Shown: in pieces, positions 47,148-57,358 of the stretch
How positions within the stretch are numbered: the stretch's first letter is position 1
Layout: each line of letters opens with the position of its first letter
Source: a virus
Taxonomy: Duplodnaviria; Heunggongvirae; Uroviricota; Caudoviricetes
Strand: one strand, 5' to 3'
DNA: 64,000 nt
IMG/VR virus record: IMGVR_UViG_2571042690_000019
Position numbers and translations under genes: made by a program
The notes under the pieces: model-generated
What the model was told of the DNA's origin: nothing
Seen by the model: the letters and a program-made list of their open reading frames with translations, nothing else
Database searches by the model: none

Positions 47148-50100
47148 TTAGGCCGCATCGGCGATTATTTTACGCAGTTCATCTACCGAGTAACGCGTAG
47201 ATACCATCCATGCAGGACGGTCAAAGTTCACATCAGCAACCGGGTTTGCTTCAAAATTCCAGAAACGTCCGCCAATCTTCTTAATCGCGTCTTTGGCGTT
47301 CCGTATTGTCGAGGAACCTGGTTGGTCGGCAATGAGATAAACCGCGCCAACGTCCTCGCTGACGCTCCACCAGCGCCCGCGAACACGCGCCTTAGCGCGA
47401 ATCGGCTTATCATTAACCACAATGATATAGTCATCATTCGCCGCTTCATCAGCTCTGGCTTCAGCCACTGCCGCCTGCTCTTCTCTTTTGCTTTCAGCCT
47501 GCTCAAGCCTTTCCGCGATCTCTGATTCAGTGGCCCCGCCGTTTTTCAGCGATACATAGTCCTGCCACGTTGCCGATTTGAGCGTATCCGGCAACTCATT
47601 CACATAGTCGCCGTCTTTCAACTCACGGGCGCGGCGGGTAGCCATTTCTACCAGGCGATTAACAGAAACAGCATCAGCAAAATCGTCCTTACTAATGTGT
47701 TTTTCATCAAATGCATTGATGACAGCCCCCACCTTAATCCACTGTGCTGCCGGTGATTCCAGGGGGTTATCAGCCTGAACAATGGCGAGTTTCGCTCCAT
47801 CTACCCCATTATTCGCCAGCTGTTCCAATGCCGCCCATCCATCTGCATCACTGAGTGATTTATATTGCTCAAACAATGCATCGCGCCAGGCCACCAGCGC
47901 AGAACGTGTTTTTTCGATCTTCGCCTTAATTTTCGCGATCTTGACCTGATTAAACATCCGTTCAATATCATCGATATTGCTAAAGGCTTTCATCCTGCCC
48001 TGGAATAAACGGTATGCCAGCACGGTCCTCCAGAATGATTCCAGACCTTCTCCGGACGGTTTGCGGAACAAGCTAAGAATATCTTCAGAAGTGACTTTAT
48101 TAAGCGAACGACCTGACAGACCACGCCCAGCCATCCAGTTTTCGAACTCATGGGCAACATCATCCATCGTTGCCTGTGCGCCCCATGCCTGCATTCCCTG
48201 GGTGTAATCATACCCATACAATGCCTGGAGGAATCCCTCGCCGTCCACGATATTCAGCGGGTTATCACTGGCTTGTATTTTTGCCACTTCACGCTTCAGC
48301 GCCTCGTCGTTGCCATCAGGATATATCCATCGCTCAGGTGCTATATCCGATGCTCGCCCGATTTTTTGGCCTATCACGCCATCATAGGCCGATGACAGCG
48401 CGATCTGACCATCATCTGTGCGATATGCCCAGTATTTAATAGCTGACCCACCGCCCCATGCATTACCAGGTTTACCAGCAATAACATTCATTACCCCATT
48501 GCGAATAGCATCATAGAACTGATCGCGAGTAAGTATTGTTGATAGCTGGTGGCACTGAACACCACGCGCAGCCGTTGCGCGCGATTCAGCTACCCCCTCT
48601 TCAAAAGTTACCGCTTCAATCACAGAGTCAAACGGCAATGTAACGATTGACCCCGGTGCTCGAGCGTAACGACTTGCTCTATCCAGCCAGGCGATACGGC
48701 AGAGGTATTGTGCTTTTTCACCGTCAATTTTTTCCACCCGGACAATCGCTGTTGTTTCGCGATCATCAATGACTGCACGGTAATAACTACCTTTATGCAA
48801 CAGGATATTCTTGTCAGTGCGCATATATTCCTGTGGGTTCTGAATAACATCGATACTGATATCCAGCACACCAGACTTAATAGCGCGCTCCACATCACCA
48901 CGAGAGCGTTTCATTATGGTATCCGCGTCTTTTGCCCTGGTGATCGCAAACCGCAGCACCCGCGCACGTTTTCTGTAGCTACTCAACTGCTCAAGCGCGT
49001 ATTTTTGCCCATTCCTGTTCGTACCCGCTTTTATCAGGTCGTCAAGATTGCGCTGGTAATACTCTATCTGTTCCATCGCGCTTTTCAGTTCTGTCTCCAT
49101 CATGCCGATATCTTTTCCGGCGGCGTTTGCCGCTTTCAGGTAGATATCGAGAGCATTGTTGGCCTCGCGCTGTGCTTTCAGTTTCAGACGTTCTTCACGC
49201 TCTTGCGCCTGGCGAGCCATGATTGCGCGGCGTTCTTCCGGGTTTGCCGCCAGCATAATGGCGCGTTCATCAGCATCATCCGCATCACCATTGGCGATCT
49301 CTGACATGTCGGATGTCATCACCATCTTGATCCAGTCTTTCTTACGTTTCAGCGTATCCAGACGGAAGTCGTCGAATGTGCCTTTGCCACAATAGTAGTG
49401 AACATTGACCTTTTCTTGCGGTGAACCTACGCGCGCACCGCGCCCATTTCGTTGGTCGATACTGGCTGGTGTCCAGGGTAGTGTCAGGTGGTGGATATCG
49501 GTTGTCCCGATGTGCAGGTTAATACCTACTTCAGCCTTCTTGTTACAGATTATGATGCGCGTGCGACCTTCGTTATAGTCGGCGGCAATACCTTCCATGC
49601 CCTCAAGGCCAGCATCATTTTTAGCGGAGAGATAATCCTCATATTGGGCAAGTTTGCTGTAGTAGGTTTCCCATGTCCCTTCTTTGTATTCACCGTTTTT
49701 GTTTGGAGTAGGTTCGGTCGGCTTATTCACCTTCTTCAGCTTGATGCCACCAGCCTGGCTAACTGTCGTCGCATTGATAATGCCAATCTCCTGCTCCGGC
49801 ATTTGCAGTGCACTGGCGATAATACGGCGCAGCTTCTGGTGCTGGGCTTTTTCATCAATAAAGACGATCTGCTTACCGTTCTTCAGACCTTCACGAAGAT
49901 TTTCGATCAGCGCGGCATACTTCGGCGGGATGGGGTGCGACACCTGCTGCATATCAATGCCGGCAGCCGCAATGGCCTTCAGTATTTCAGCTTCCAGTTC
50001 AATGCTGGCACGTATTTCAACATGCGTCGGATGTTCACTAAAAGCGGTCTTCACTACCTTGCTGGTACGCGTACTGACCAGCCCGCCAGCGCCGTCTTCC

Positions 50101-53100
50101 TCGGCCTCATCAACATCATCTGCCACTTTACCGCCAGCTACTTTTGGCAAGGCATCAGCAATAGCTTTTACCTGGTCTGCAAGCTCAACGGGGAACTGGA
50201 ATGTAATCGCACTGGCATACAGATCCGGGTCTATAGCAACCTTATCCATGTCACGGATGATGGAGAAGATGAAATCATCCGGTTTGTCGTTAGTGATATG
50301 CCCGTTTTCATCGACTGTCAGCTCATCATTGCGACTTAACTCCTGAGCACGCTTACGAAGCTCTTCATAAGCAGTCTCCTGCTCCCCTGTCATCGGGATC
50401 TGCAAGGTGTTCTCGATGATGTCGGGAATTTTAACCGTCGCTCCGACATCTGCAGCAGTCTTCAGAGTGGTCCAACGATGGAAAATACCACGCAGGCCGT
50501 CAAGGTTCTGGAAGCCCACCAGCCCCTGCTTCTCTTCCACTTCCCCGGAAATTTTCTGGACCTGAACTGTGGCTGTTTTGCCAAACACACGAACGAAATC
50601 ATCAGGCGTAATGATGCCCATACGCATCCACTCTTCCTGCGGAATGACAGTAGACAGCATGTTGAAGGCATCAATCGGACTGTTCACCAGCGGTGTTGCC
50701 GTCAGCATGACTACACCACGCCCGTTGTTGCGTTTCATCATGTACGCAGCTTTTACAGCCATGTCGCGGGCCATCTTGGATACTGCCGGGTTAGGCAAAT
50801 ATGCCAGTTGTCCCGCTTCACGCCCGGCATTAAAGGAGTTGCGGTAATTATGCCCCTCGTCGGCAATCACGCTATCGAAGTTCATATCCTCAAAGTACGG
50901 GATATTCTGCTTCTTCGTTGTACCGGTATTCGCGGCCTGATCCTTAATCTTGTTCTTCTTCTGCGCATCACGGTGTTTACCGGACGCCAGGTCAAGACGC
51001 CCCATTTCCACAGCATTAAAGACAGCTTGCTGTGAGTTCTCCTCGATGGTTTTTTCTCGTAGCGGGATAGACGCGAATTGTTCTTTTGTCATGATGACCG
51101 TTCGCCAATTTGACGACGGGATCATGTTCATACGCTGAACGATAACGGCGCTGGCGGACTCTTTCACAACATTTCTGGTAAGAGGCTGCCCGTTACTGTC
51201 GAGGCGTGGTTCGCCATTTTCATCAAGCACCGGCGCGGTCAGAATATTTCCGCTGTCATCACGAACTTCATCCAAACCGATAAACATCATATTGGCGAAG
51301 GCATCAGCACTGTAGAAACTCTGTGCCTCGTGATACCAGTTCTGATAAACCGCCTTCGGAACAACAATACACGTGCGTTTAGTGCGACCTGTTTCGAAGT
51401 TATACGCCTCAAGCGCAAGCGCGGTCGTGGTTTTACCCAGCCCGGTACCAAATCCCATGATGCCGCGCCCATCTTCTGACAAGCGCCGAACTTCTTCATT
51501 CTGATAAGTAAGAGGAATGCGCTTTCCACTAAGCCCTTCCAGGCCAAGCGGTGCGTCAGAATGCGTGAACGGAATGAAACCATTGAATGCGTCGTTATAC
51601 TCGCGGGCTATCTGATCAGCCTGCGGGTGAGTGCGTAACCAGTCGTTAAAACTAACTTCCAGTTGAGCAATTTTATCCAGGTACTCGTTAGCGTTCTGCC
51701 CACGCGGTTTAACACCGTTCAGGTAGTTTTCTAACTGGTTCAGGAAGCCGTCTTTATTGTTGGCCTTCTTGAACTCATTCCCGTTTTTGCCGTTTACGGT
51801 TCGTAGCTGATAGCCGGTAAATACACCGTCCTTACCTTCGTAATCGTCCGGAGATACCAGAATGCCATCGACGACCTTCAGATCAGGTTCAGTGTACTTA
51901 AACTCGTCATAGCCCTGCTCTGCCAGGAACTCTTTTATCAAGCGGCGATCCAGCCAGCGGGCATTCAGATTAACGGTGACTTTATTTAGTGGCGTGAAAA
52001 TACGTTTCTCTTCGATTTTCGCCAACTGACGCTCAAAGTTCGCTTTCTGCTCACCTGTTGACGCATCACGCCAGCCCATCAGCAATGCTGTTTTGGTTGC
52101 AATATCGCCGCTGGTGGCGCGGTCCATCGGCAGCAGGCAGCCATACCCATCAATAGCGATATCATCAAATTTCGCCAGGTATTCAAGGGCCGCGTCGTCG
52201 TCCTCTGGCAGTTCACCAGCAAACGCCTCACGAAAGTCTCCCAGCGTTATAGGATTAAGGGCTACATCACTGAAAAGATGTGCTATCACTTGTTCAGGAC
52301 GTGTAAAGTCAATACCGGCAGCACCATCCGTTACATCAAGTCGCCCTGCCAGAAGGTCAGAAGTGGAACCATCCTGTTTCACATTGCCAGTGAACGTCAT
52401 CCAGTTTTTAGCGCCAGCTTCAGCAAGCCCATTCAGCTTAATGGCGTGCGGTGGTCCATACTTCGCAACTTCTGCTGCCGCCAGGCGGGATGCATCTGCC
52501 AGTTTGTCATCAACGTTCACACCCAGGTTACGCAAATCAAGTGCCTTGTTGATCAACTGACCTATCAGCGCACCGCGCATAACGCGCTCCCTGTCTTTTT
52601 CTCGCTGCTTGCCAGCAAAGCGAATCATTGCTGCCACTTCATCACTGACAACCGATGGATAGTCGGACGCGATCGCCGATATCTGGTCCCATGACAAAGC
52701 CAGAATCCCGTTTGTTGACTGGAACGCGATCTGCAGATCGCCAAACGTCGAAACACCATATCGACTTACATCAAGCGCGGAGGATTTGGTTGTCGTGTCC
52801 TTAACCCATTTCAGACCATCAAACTCATGCCAGATACCGCCTACAAGGCGTTTATCGCCCACTTTCGCGCCCTGCCATGCCTGAGTAGTTACGCCGAGCA
52901 AATCCCAATTGATGCGACTATCAAAGCGACGAGATAGCGCGGTTTTCATCGACTCATTGGATACACGACCGTCTTTTTTCACCACCAAGGTATTGCGGAA
53001 GCTGGTACGTTCCATGTCGCCGTAAACAAATCGCTTCCCTTCGGTTGTAAACCATTTTCCTTTGAGGAAGGTATCCCAAAGGACGTTTGCCGATTTGAGT

Positions 53101-53984
53101 GTTGAATCATCCGTGTCGGGGATCATCTCCAGGAAGGTTTCCGGGTGTTTACGCAATACCCATACGTCCACCACGGTATCTGTACCGGATTCGCTGAACG
53201 TACCAGAAGGCATACGATGTGCGCCCAAAAATTCCGCTTTACGGCTGACTTTATCGCGCAATTTTTTATATTTCGCACCATCGGTCATGCCATTCGGCAC
53301 CACCAATACGATAAGCCCACCAGGTTTAACCTTGTCGATCGTGCGCAGCACAAAGTAATTGCCAACGTTCTTCTCGTTTGCATATGCCGGATCAAGCCCG
53401 GCGACACCGGAACGCCCTTCACCAAACGGTACGTTACCAACAGCGTGATCATACATTGCGTCTTTCGCCGCCAGCGCCTCAAACGCCCCGATATTCACAT
53501 CGTCTTCCGGGTGCAAAAGCTGGTTTATTCGACCGGAAATCTGAGACAGTTCGGCGCTGGTCATTATCATGCCCTGCCGTTTTGTCTCCTGGAAAATACC
53601 TGTGCCCGCTGATGGTTCCAGTACGTGCCCGCCATCAATACCGTAGTCAGCAAACAGATCCCATATACCTTCAGCCATAAACTGTGGCGTGTAGTATTCG
53701 TATTGGCTGCCCTCACCATCTGTCAGGCCGCCTTCACCGGTATACCCGGCAAGAATCTGACGTTGTTCGTCAGTTAATTTCGCCCCATCGAAGCCGGGCG
53801 GAAGGGAATTAAGAAGATTTACTGCGGCATTATTTGCTGCCCGGCGTGTTTTCTGAATACTGACGCCATCGGCTTTCCTGACGCCAAAGGTCGCAACAGC
53901 ACGTAATTTATGCAACCGACTAACAATTTCAATCAGTTCGCCTAAGCTGGAGGCTTCACTGATTGAATGAAGTAGTTTGTCCAA
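47148..53984 (-). CDS. darB: giant multidomain protein: N-terminal N6-adenine methyltransferase-like region plus SF2 DExH helicase (DarB-like antirestriction protein)
   Basis: 2278 aa; helicase motif I GFGTGLGKT and motif II ADEGHNYRN; N-terminal MTase-like NVPFGEG; size matches P1 DarB (~2255 aa). Confidence 0.7.
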   Translation of the reverse strand: MDKLLHSISEASSLGELIEIVSRLHKLRAVATFGVRKADGVSIQKTRRAANNAAVNLLNSLPPGFDGAKLTDEQRQILAGYTGEGGLTDGEGSQYEYYTPQFMAEGIWDLFADYGIDGGHVLEPSAGTGIFQETKRQGMIMTSAELSQISGRINQLLHPEDDVNIGAFEALAAKDAMYDHAVGNVPFGEGRSGVAGLDPAYANEKNVGNYFVLRTIDKVKPGGLIVLVVPNGMTDGAKYKKLRDKVSRKAEFLGAHRMPSGTFSESGTDTVVDVWVLRKHPETFLEMIPDTDDSTLKSANVLWDTFLKGKWFTTEGKRFVYGDMERTSFRNTLVVKKDGRVSNESMKTALSRRFDSRINWDLLGVTTQAWQGAKVGDKRLVGGIWHEFDGLKWVKDTTTKSSALDVSRYGVSTFGDLQIAFQSTNGILALSWDQISAIASDYPSVVSDEVAAMIRFAGKQREKDRERVMRGALIGQLINKALDLRNLGVNVDDKLADASRLAAAEVAKYGPPHAIKLNGLAEAGAKNWMTFTGNVKQDGSTSDLLAGRLDVTDGAAGIDFTRPEQVIAHLFSDVALNPITLGDFREAFAGELPEDDDAALEYLAKFDDIAIDGYGCLLPMDRATSGDIATKTALLMGWRDASTGEQKANFERQLAKIEEKRIFTPLNKVTVNLNARWLDRRLIKEFLAEQGYDEFKYTEPDLKVVDGILVSPDDYEGKDGVFTGYQLRTVNGKNGNEFKKANNKDGFLNQLENYLNGVKPRGQNANEYLDKIAQLEVSFNDWLRTHPQADQIAREYNDAFNGFIPFTHSDAPLGLEGLSGKRIPLTYQNEEVRRLSEDGRGIMGFGTGLGKTTTALALEAYNFETGRTKRTCIVVPKAVYQNWYHEAQSFYSADAFANMMFIGLDEVRDDSGNILTAPVLDENGEPRLDSNGQPLTRNVVKESASAVIVQRMNMIPSSNWRTVIMTKEQFASIPLREKTIEENSQQAVFNAVEMGRLDLASGKHRDAQKKNKIKDQAANTGTTKKQNIPYFEDMNFDSVIADEGHNYRNSFNAGREAGQLAYLPNPAVSKMARDMAVKAAYMMKRNNGRGVVMLTATPLVNSPIDAFNMLSTVIPQEEWMRMGIITPDDFVRVFGKTATVQVQKISGEVEEKQGLVGFQNLDGLRGIFHRWTTLKTAADVGATVKIPDIIENTLQIPMTGEQETAYEELRKRAQELSRNDELTVDENGHITNDKPDDFIFSIIRDMDKVAIDPDLYASAITFQFPVELADQVKAIADALPKVAGGKVADDVDEAEEDGAGGLVSTRTSKVVKTAFSEHPTHVEIRASIELEAEILKAIAAAGIDMQQVSHPIPPKYAALIENLREGLKNGKQIVFIDEKAQHQKLRRIIASALQMPEQEIGIINATTVSQAGGIKLKKVNKPTEPTPNKNGEYKEGTWETYYSKLAQYEDYLSAKNDAGLEGMEGIAADYNEGRTRIIICNKKAEVGINLHIGTTDIHHLTLPWTPASIDQRNGRGARVGSPQEKVNVHYYCGKGTFDDFRLDTLKRKKDWIKMVMTSDMSEIANGDADDADERAIMLAANPEERRAIMARQAQEREERLKLKAQREANNALDIYLKAANAAGKDIGMMETELKSAMEQIEYYQRNLDDLIKAGTNRNGQKYALEQLSSYRKRARVLRFAITRAKDADTIMKRSRGDVERAIKSGVLDISIDVIQNPQEYMRTDKNILLHKGSYYRAVIDDRETTAIVRVEKIDGEKAQYLCRIAWLDRASRYARAPGSIVTLPFDSVIEAVTFEEGVAESRATAARGVQCHQLSTILTRDQFYDAIRNGVMNVIAGKPGNAWGGGSAIKYWAYRTDDGQIALSSAYDGVIGQKIGRASDIAPERWIYPDGNDEALKREVAKIQASDNPLNIVDGEGFLQALYGYDYTQGMQAWGAQATMDDVAHEFENWMAGRGLSGRSLNKVTSEDILSLFRKPSGEGLESFWRTVLAYRLFQGRMKAFSNIDDIERMFNQVKIAKIKAKIEKTRSALVAWRDALFEQYKSLSDADGWAALEQLANNGVDGAKLAIVQADNPLESPAAQWIKVGAVINAFDEKHISKDDFADAVSVNRLVEMATRRARELKDGDYVNELPDTLKSATWQDYVSLKNGGATESEIAERLEQAESKREEQAAVAEARADEAANDDYIIVVNDKPIRAKARVRGRWWSVSEDVGAVYLIADQPGSSTIRNAKDAIKKIGGRFWNFEANPVADVNFDRPAWMVSTRYSVDELRKIIADAA

Positions 53985-54135
53985 AGGATTTCCCCCTCTA
54001 AACCGTAAAAAATTCCGCTATGCGGTACGGTTGAGAGGGTATGGAGAATGTTATTTTCAGGGGGACGATACTACCGTCAAAATCACATACTCCCCATAGT
54101 TTGCCTACTTATTAACCCATGACCGGGGGAAAAAT

Positions 54136-54621
54136 ATGGCAAACATTGAACCTCGCTGGCTAATTGAAGCCCGTAAGCACATTGGCCTGACTGAAATAAA
54201 AGGCGCTAAACACAACCCTGAAATCGTTCAGTTCTGGCGCGACATCAAGCGCGGCGGAATTAAAGACGATGAAACGCCGTGGTGCGCAGCATTTGTCGGT
54301 GCAATGCTGGAACGTGTAGGCATCCGCTCAACAAGATTTGAGTCGGCAAAATCCTATCTGGATTGGGGCGAGAAATTAGATACACCGGCATACGGATGTA
54401 TCGTTGTATTTACCCGCGTAGGCGGTGGGCACGTAGGCTTCGTTGTCGGACGCCGCGCCAATGGCGATCTGCTTGTCTTGGGTGGGAACCAGGGGGATGC
54501 GGTAAATATTCGCGCATTCCCAACATCAAGAGTGTCTGGCTATCGCTGGCCTGCTGGCGAACCACGCAATACCGCTCTGTTACCAGTCGGAGACGCAGCA
54601 ACCTCAACTAATGAGGCATGA
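54136..54621 (+). CDS. hypothetical protein, possible CHAP/NlpC-P60-like hydrolase (TIGR02594-type)
   Basis: 161 aa with conserved Cys (ETPWCAAFVG) and His (GGGHVGFVVG) spaced as in CHAP-like domains. Confidence 0.45.
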   Translation: MANIEPRWLIEARKHIGLTEIKGAKHNPEIVQFWRDIKRGGIKDDETPWCAAFVGAMLERVGIRSTRFESAKSYLDWGEKLDTPAYGCIVVFTRVGGGHVGFVVGRRANGDLLVLGGNQGDAVNIRAFPTSRVSGYRWPAGEPRNTALLPVGDAATSTNEA

Positions 54622-54650
54622 AAAAAGCCCCGGCCTGGCCGGGGCATCAC
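54621..54650. terminator. terminator hairpin (GCCCCGG-CCTGG-CCGGGGC) with A-run upstream, T-run on minus strand
   Basis: ends the minus-strand antirepressor operon. Confidence 0.55.
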
Positions 54651-54653
54651 GCT

Positions 54654-54854
54654 TCAAGTCACGATCCAATCATTACCGACTATATCAGCCGTCGATAAAT
54701 CAACTTCCCGGATCTGGAGTCCATTAATACAAAACCATCCGGTAGTAGAGTAATTATCAGGCCAGGCCCATACACCAACACTCCATGCTTTACGGCGGCA
54801 CACTTCAGCCTGTCCTTCCCTGATTTTTTTTACCGCCTGCATGATGTCCATCAC
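54654..54854 (-). CDS. small protein homologous to the C-terminal domain of antirepressor 14474..15652
   Basis: CRRKAWSVGVWAWPDN...DWIVT aligns with CRRSSWPEGIWVWPEG...DWIVS. Confidence 0.5.
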   Translation of the reverse strand: MMDIMQAVKKIREGQAEVCRRKAWSVGVWAWPDNYSTTGWFCINGLQIREVDLSTADIVGNDWIVT

Positions 54855-55558
54855 TCACCTCCCCAACCGATCACCTGGAATTGCCCCATTTTGGGGTGAT
54901 ACCAGCGTTTTCCTCGGTGTTCAGCCTCCGACATCATCCGGTTAAAAGAATTCATGAAGGGAGATAAGGCCACGATGGAACGACGCGACAATACCCCCTC
55001 TGGAGTTAAAAACTCATGTGTATCGGTGGGAATCCGGAAAGCGTTAACCAGGTTGCGGCATTTGGCTTCGGTCAGGCCACATTTCGCCGCCAGCTGGCGG
55101 TAGCCAATGTAACCTTCCGGCATATTGCCCTTCTTGATTTGCTCGACGGTTTCAGCGACCTGGCTAACCTTTGACTCAACAGCATGAAGCCGCTTTTGCT
55201 GCTGAACTGCATTTGCAGCCATTGCGGCGATCATCTCTATTTCGGTCAACGGCTGGCGTACTTGTTCTTCCAGTTCGCGCCAGCGGTCCACCAGCCGGGC
55301 AGTAAACTCAGGACAAAGCTGTGCGACTACAATGATACTGTCTCGTTTGCCTTGCTCGTCGCTAAATCGGAACACCTGAATTAATCGAGAACGCCCCATT
55401 ACATCTATTTTTGGTTCATCCTCAATTTGAGGACGAACAATAACGCCGGATTCGGCTAATGTTTCAATGGTACGCTTCACATTGTCATGACGTTTTCCCA
55501 CCAGCTCCGCGATCTCAATGCTGGTCATTGATGGCTTTTCAAGAATGCAGATATCCAT
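54851..55558 (-). CDS. phage antirepressor-like protein (Rha/Ant family)
   Basis: MTSIEIAELVGKRHDNVKRTIETL and central region homologous to 14474..15652; start set at internal Met overlapping upstream stop. Confidence 0.65.
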   Translation of the reverse strand: MDICILEKPSMTSIEIAELVGKRHDNVKRTIETLAESGVIVRPQIEDEPKIDVMGRSRLIQVFRFSDEQGKRDSIIVVAQLCPEFTARLVDRWRELEEQVRQPLTEIEMIAAMAANAVQQQKRLHAVESKVSQVAETVEQIKKGNMPEGYIGYRQLAAKCGLTEAKCRNLVNAFRIPTDTHEFLTPEGVLSRRSIVALSPFMNSFNRMMSEAEHRGKRWYHPKMGQFQVIGWGGE

Positions 55559-55782
55559 CAGTGTGCCTCCGCAATGCCGGGATTGGTAATATTGCGATAC
55601 CAAGGATTAGTGTTTGGTTGTGGGGAAGTAGAGAAACGACCAGTAAGAACACCATGCTGATCAGGGATCAGAGAACGGGCTTCTTTTTCGGTTGCGGCAA
55701 TTGCGAAGTGATCGCAGTGTTTTTGCAGGGAGTGGAAACGCCAGATGAATTCTGGACGTGAGCAAGGATTGGCATTAACCAT
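55558..55782 (-). CDS. small protein upstream of antirepressor (paralog of 15652..15867)
   Basis: shared EFIWRF..S.QKH...AATE.EARS segments. Confidence 0.5.
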   Translation of the reverse strand: MVNANPCSRPEFIWRFHSLQKHCDHFAIAATEKEARSLIPDQHGVLTGRFSTSPQPNTNPWYRNITNPGIAEAH

Positions 55783-56128
55783 AGTTACGGCCTCACTAAC
55801 AGGTTTAACAACCTGCTACCCGCTGTCAAACAGGTGGCAGGACGTGACAGGGTTGACAGACTGGCGTTAGTGAAACCAGCAGGCCGAAGCCTCCCCATCA
55901 CGCCCCACCATAATTCGGGCGTAACGTGGTTTACGGACACAAAAATACCGCAATATCGGAAATCTGCGGTTGTCCGCACTAACATTCAGGCTGTCAAACC
56001 TGGTCGCAGAATTTGCTACGACGGCATGAATATAAGCCTGAAAACATGGAAGATCAACTAAAAATTTCAGCAATGGATGACTTCAGTCGATGATGCAGAT
56101 CATACATTCCGATTTAGAAACAGCAAAT

Positions 56129-56143
56129 TAATTTTCTAACATA
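56129..56143 (+). promoter_or_regulatory. operator-like motif TAATTTTCTAACATA
   Basis: dispersed conserved motif. Confidence 0.4.
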
Positions 56144-56195
56144 AATCATCGAGCGGGCATTTTCCGATCATTGGGATGCTTTGTAGACACACAGG

Positions 56196-57158
56196 TCATC
56201 CCCTAAAGCCCGCCGGGATTGACCAATCCTCACGGTCAAATTCAGACCGATAGCCACGCTGTTTCATCAGGTCAAAGGCTTCACCAATGGTTGCACACCC
56301 CTGGGAGCCAGAATAATCCATTGAGAAATCCAGGGCACTGGATTGTTTAGGCTTATTCACTGCGGTAGCGGCACTACGTATCCATGCAAATTTTTTTGCC
56401 AGCTTTTCAGCGGTACGATACAGAGCCTGCCGTTTTGCGTGCCCCTCGTCTGAACGACGCTTTGCAGCTCTCGCTTTTGCCGCCGCCAGGCAGTGGTTGG
56501 TATGTTCTTCCCTGATTACTGGTTTTTTATCCAGCACCCCATTATCCGCTTGAGAACTATCTGCTGGTGAAGCCTTTGGCTGAACCGCGCATGATCTTTC
56601 TCTTCTTTTTGCTATAGAGTGACTCTTATTTTCTATTGGCTGTTCATTTTGAACATGGGGGGGCTTGTTCAATTTGAACAGGGGGTTCCCAGTTTCAAAA
56701 AAATAACGAACCTTTGAAATCAACTGCTTAACCAGTTTTGTGGCGTTGGCAAATTTGATGCCCTGCTTACCCCCTATCTCCATTGCTACATGAATGAAGT
56801 GGAGAAATTGTGTCGTAAACCGATATACGTTACACACCTGGGCATTGTTATTCGCTACCTGATGTTGCTTAACAAGCATTCCGCACTTCGTCGCTTCAGC
56901 AAATGCCCTGCGCACAGTAGAAATACTGCGTCCTGTAATCTCGGACATATCAGCATATGAGCGACGGATCATGTATTCATCGGTAGCCCCTGCCAGGTTG
57001 GCGAACTCGGCAATAATGGCGCTATGTGAAGGGGAAAGAAGACCGCTATGACGGGCAAAAAAACTCAACTGATGACCTTTGATTTTTTTGTGGTATTCAG
57101 TGTTGTTTTTATACTCAGAAGTGTTGAAAGTTACTGAAACTGAATTTAAAATACTCAC
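56196..57158 (-). CDS. putative replication-initiation-type protein with HTH (RepL-like)
   Basis: 320 aa; HTH-like MSEITGRSISTVRRAFAEATKCGML; operator-like motif ~170 bp upstream. Confidence 0.4.
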   Translation of the reverse strand: MSILNSVSVTFNTSEYKNNTEYHKKIKGHQLSFFARHSGLLSPSHSAIIAEFANLAGATDEYMIRRSYADMSEITGRSISTVRRAFAEATKCGMLVKQHQVANNNAQVCNVYRFTTQFLHFIHVAMEIGGKQGIKFANATKLVKQLISKVRYFFETGNPLFKLNKPPHVQNEQPIENKSHSIAKRRERSCAVQPKASPADSSQADNGVLDKKPVIREEHTNHCLAAAKARAAKRRSDEGHAKRQALYRTAEKLAKKFAWIRSAATAVNKPKQSSALDFSMDYSGSQGCATIGEAFDLMKQRGYRSEFDREDWSIPAGFRG

Positions 57159-57330
57159 CAGATAGTTCCGTGAAAAAATCTATCTACCGTATAAATCTAT
57201 GCCAGTGGATTTATACACCAAAAAGCCGCTTCTCAGCGGCTTTTGCTTTTTTTGGCAGTCGCTACCGGAGCAGTGACCGCGATCCTACTCGATCCCATCC
57301 ACCAGGATCAACAGTGTATATAAATACACT

Positions 57331-57343
57331 ATGTTAGAAATTT
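57331..57343 (-). promoter_or_regulatory. operator-like motif AAATTTCTAACAT upstream of RepL-like gene
   Basis: dispersed conserved motif. Confidence 0.45.
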
Positions 57344-57358
57344 AACTTAACAAGGCGA

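Noticed and set aside
48708-51035. Several 180-280-aa plus-strand ORFs (48708..49304, 49488..50339, 49684..50346, 50478..51035)
   Set aside because: All lie antisense within the darB-like gene and are low-complexity; treated as antisense artefacts of a long GC-balanced gene
57312-57330. LexA-box-like palindrome AGTGTATATAAATACACT
   Set aside because: Lacks the CTGT/ACAG outer bases required for LexA binding
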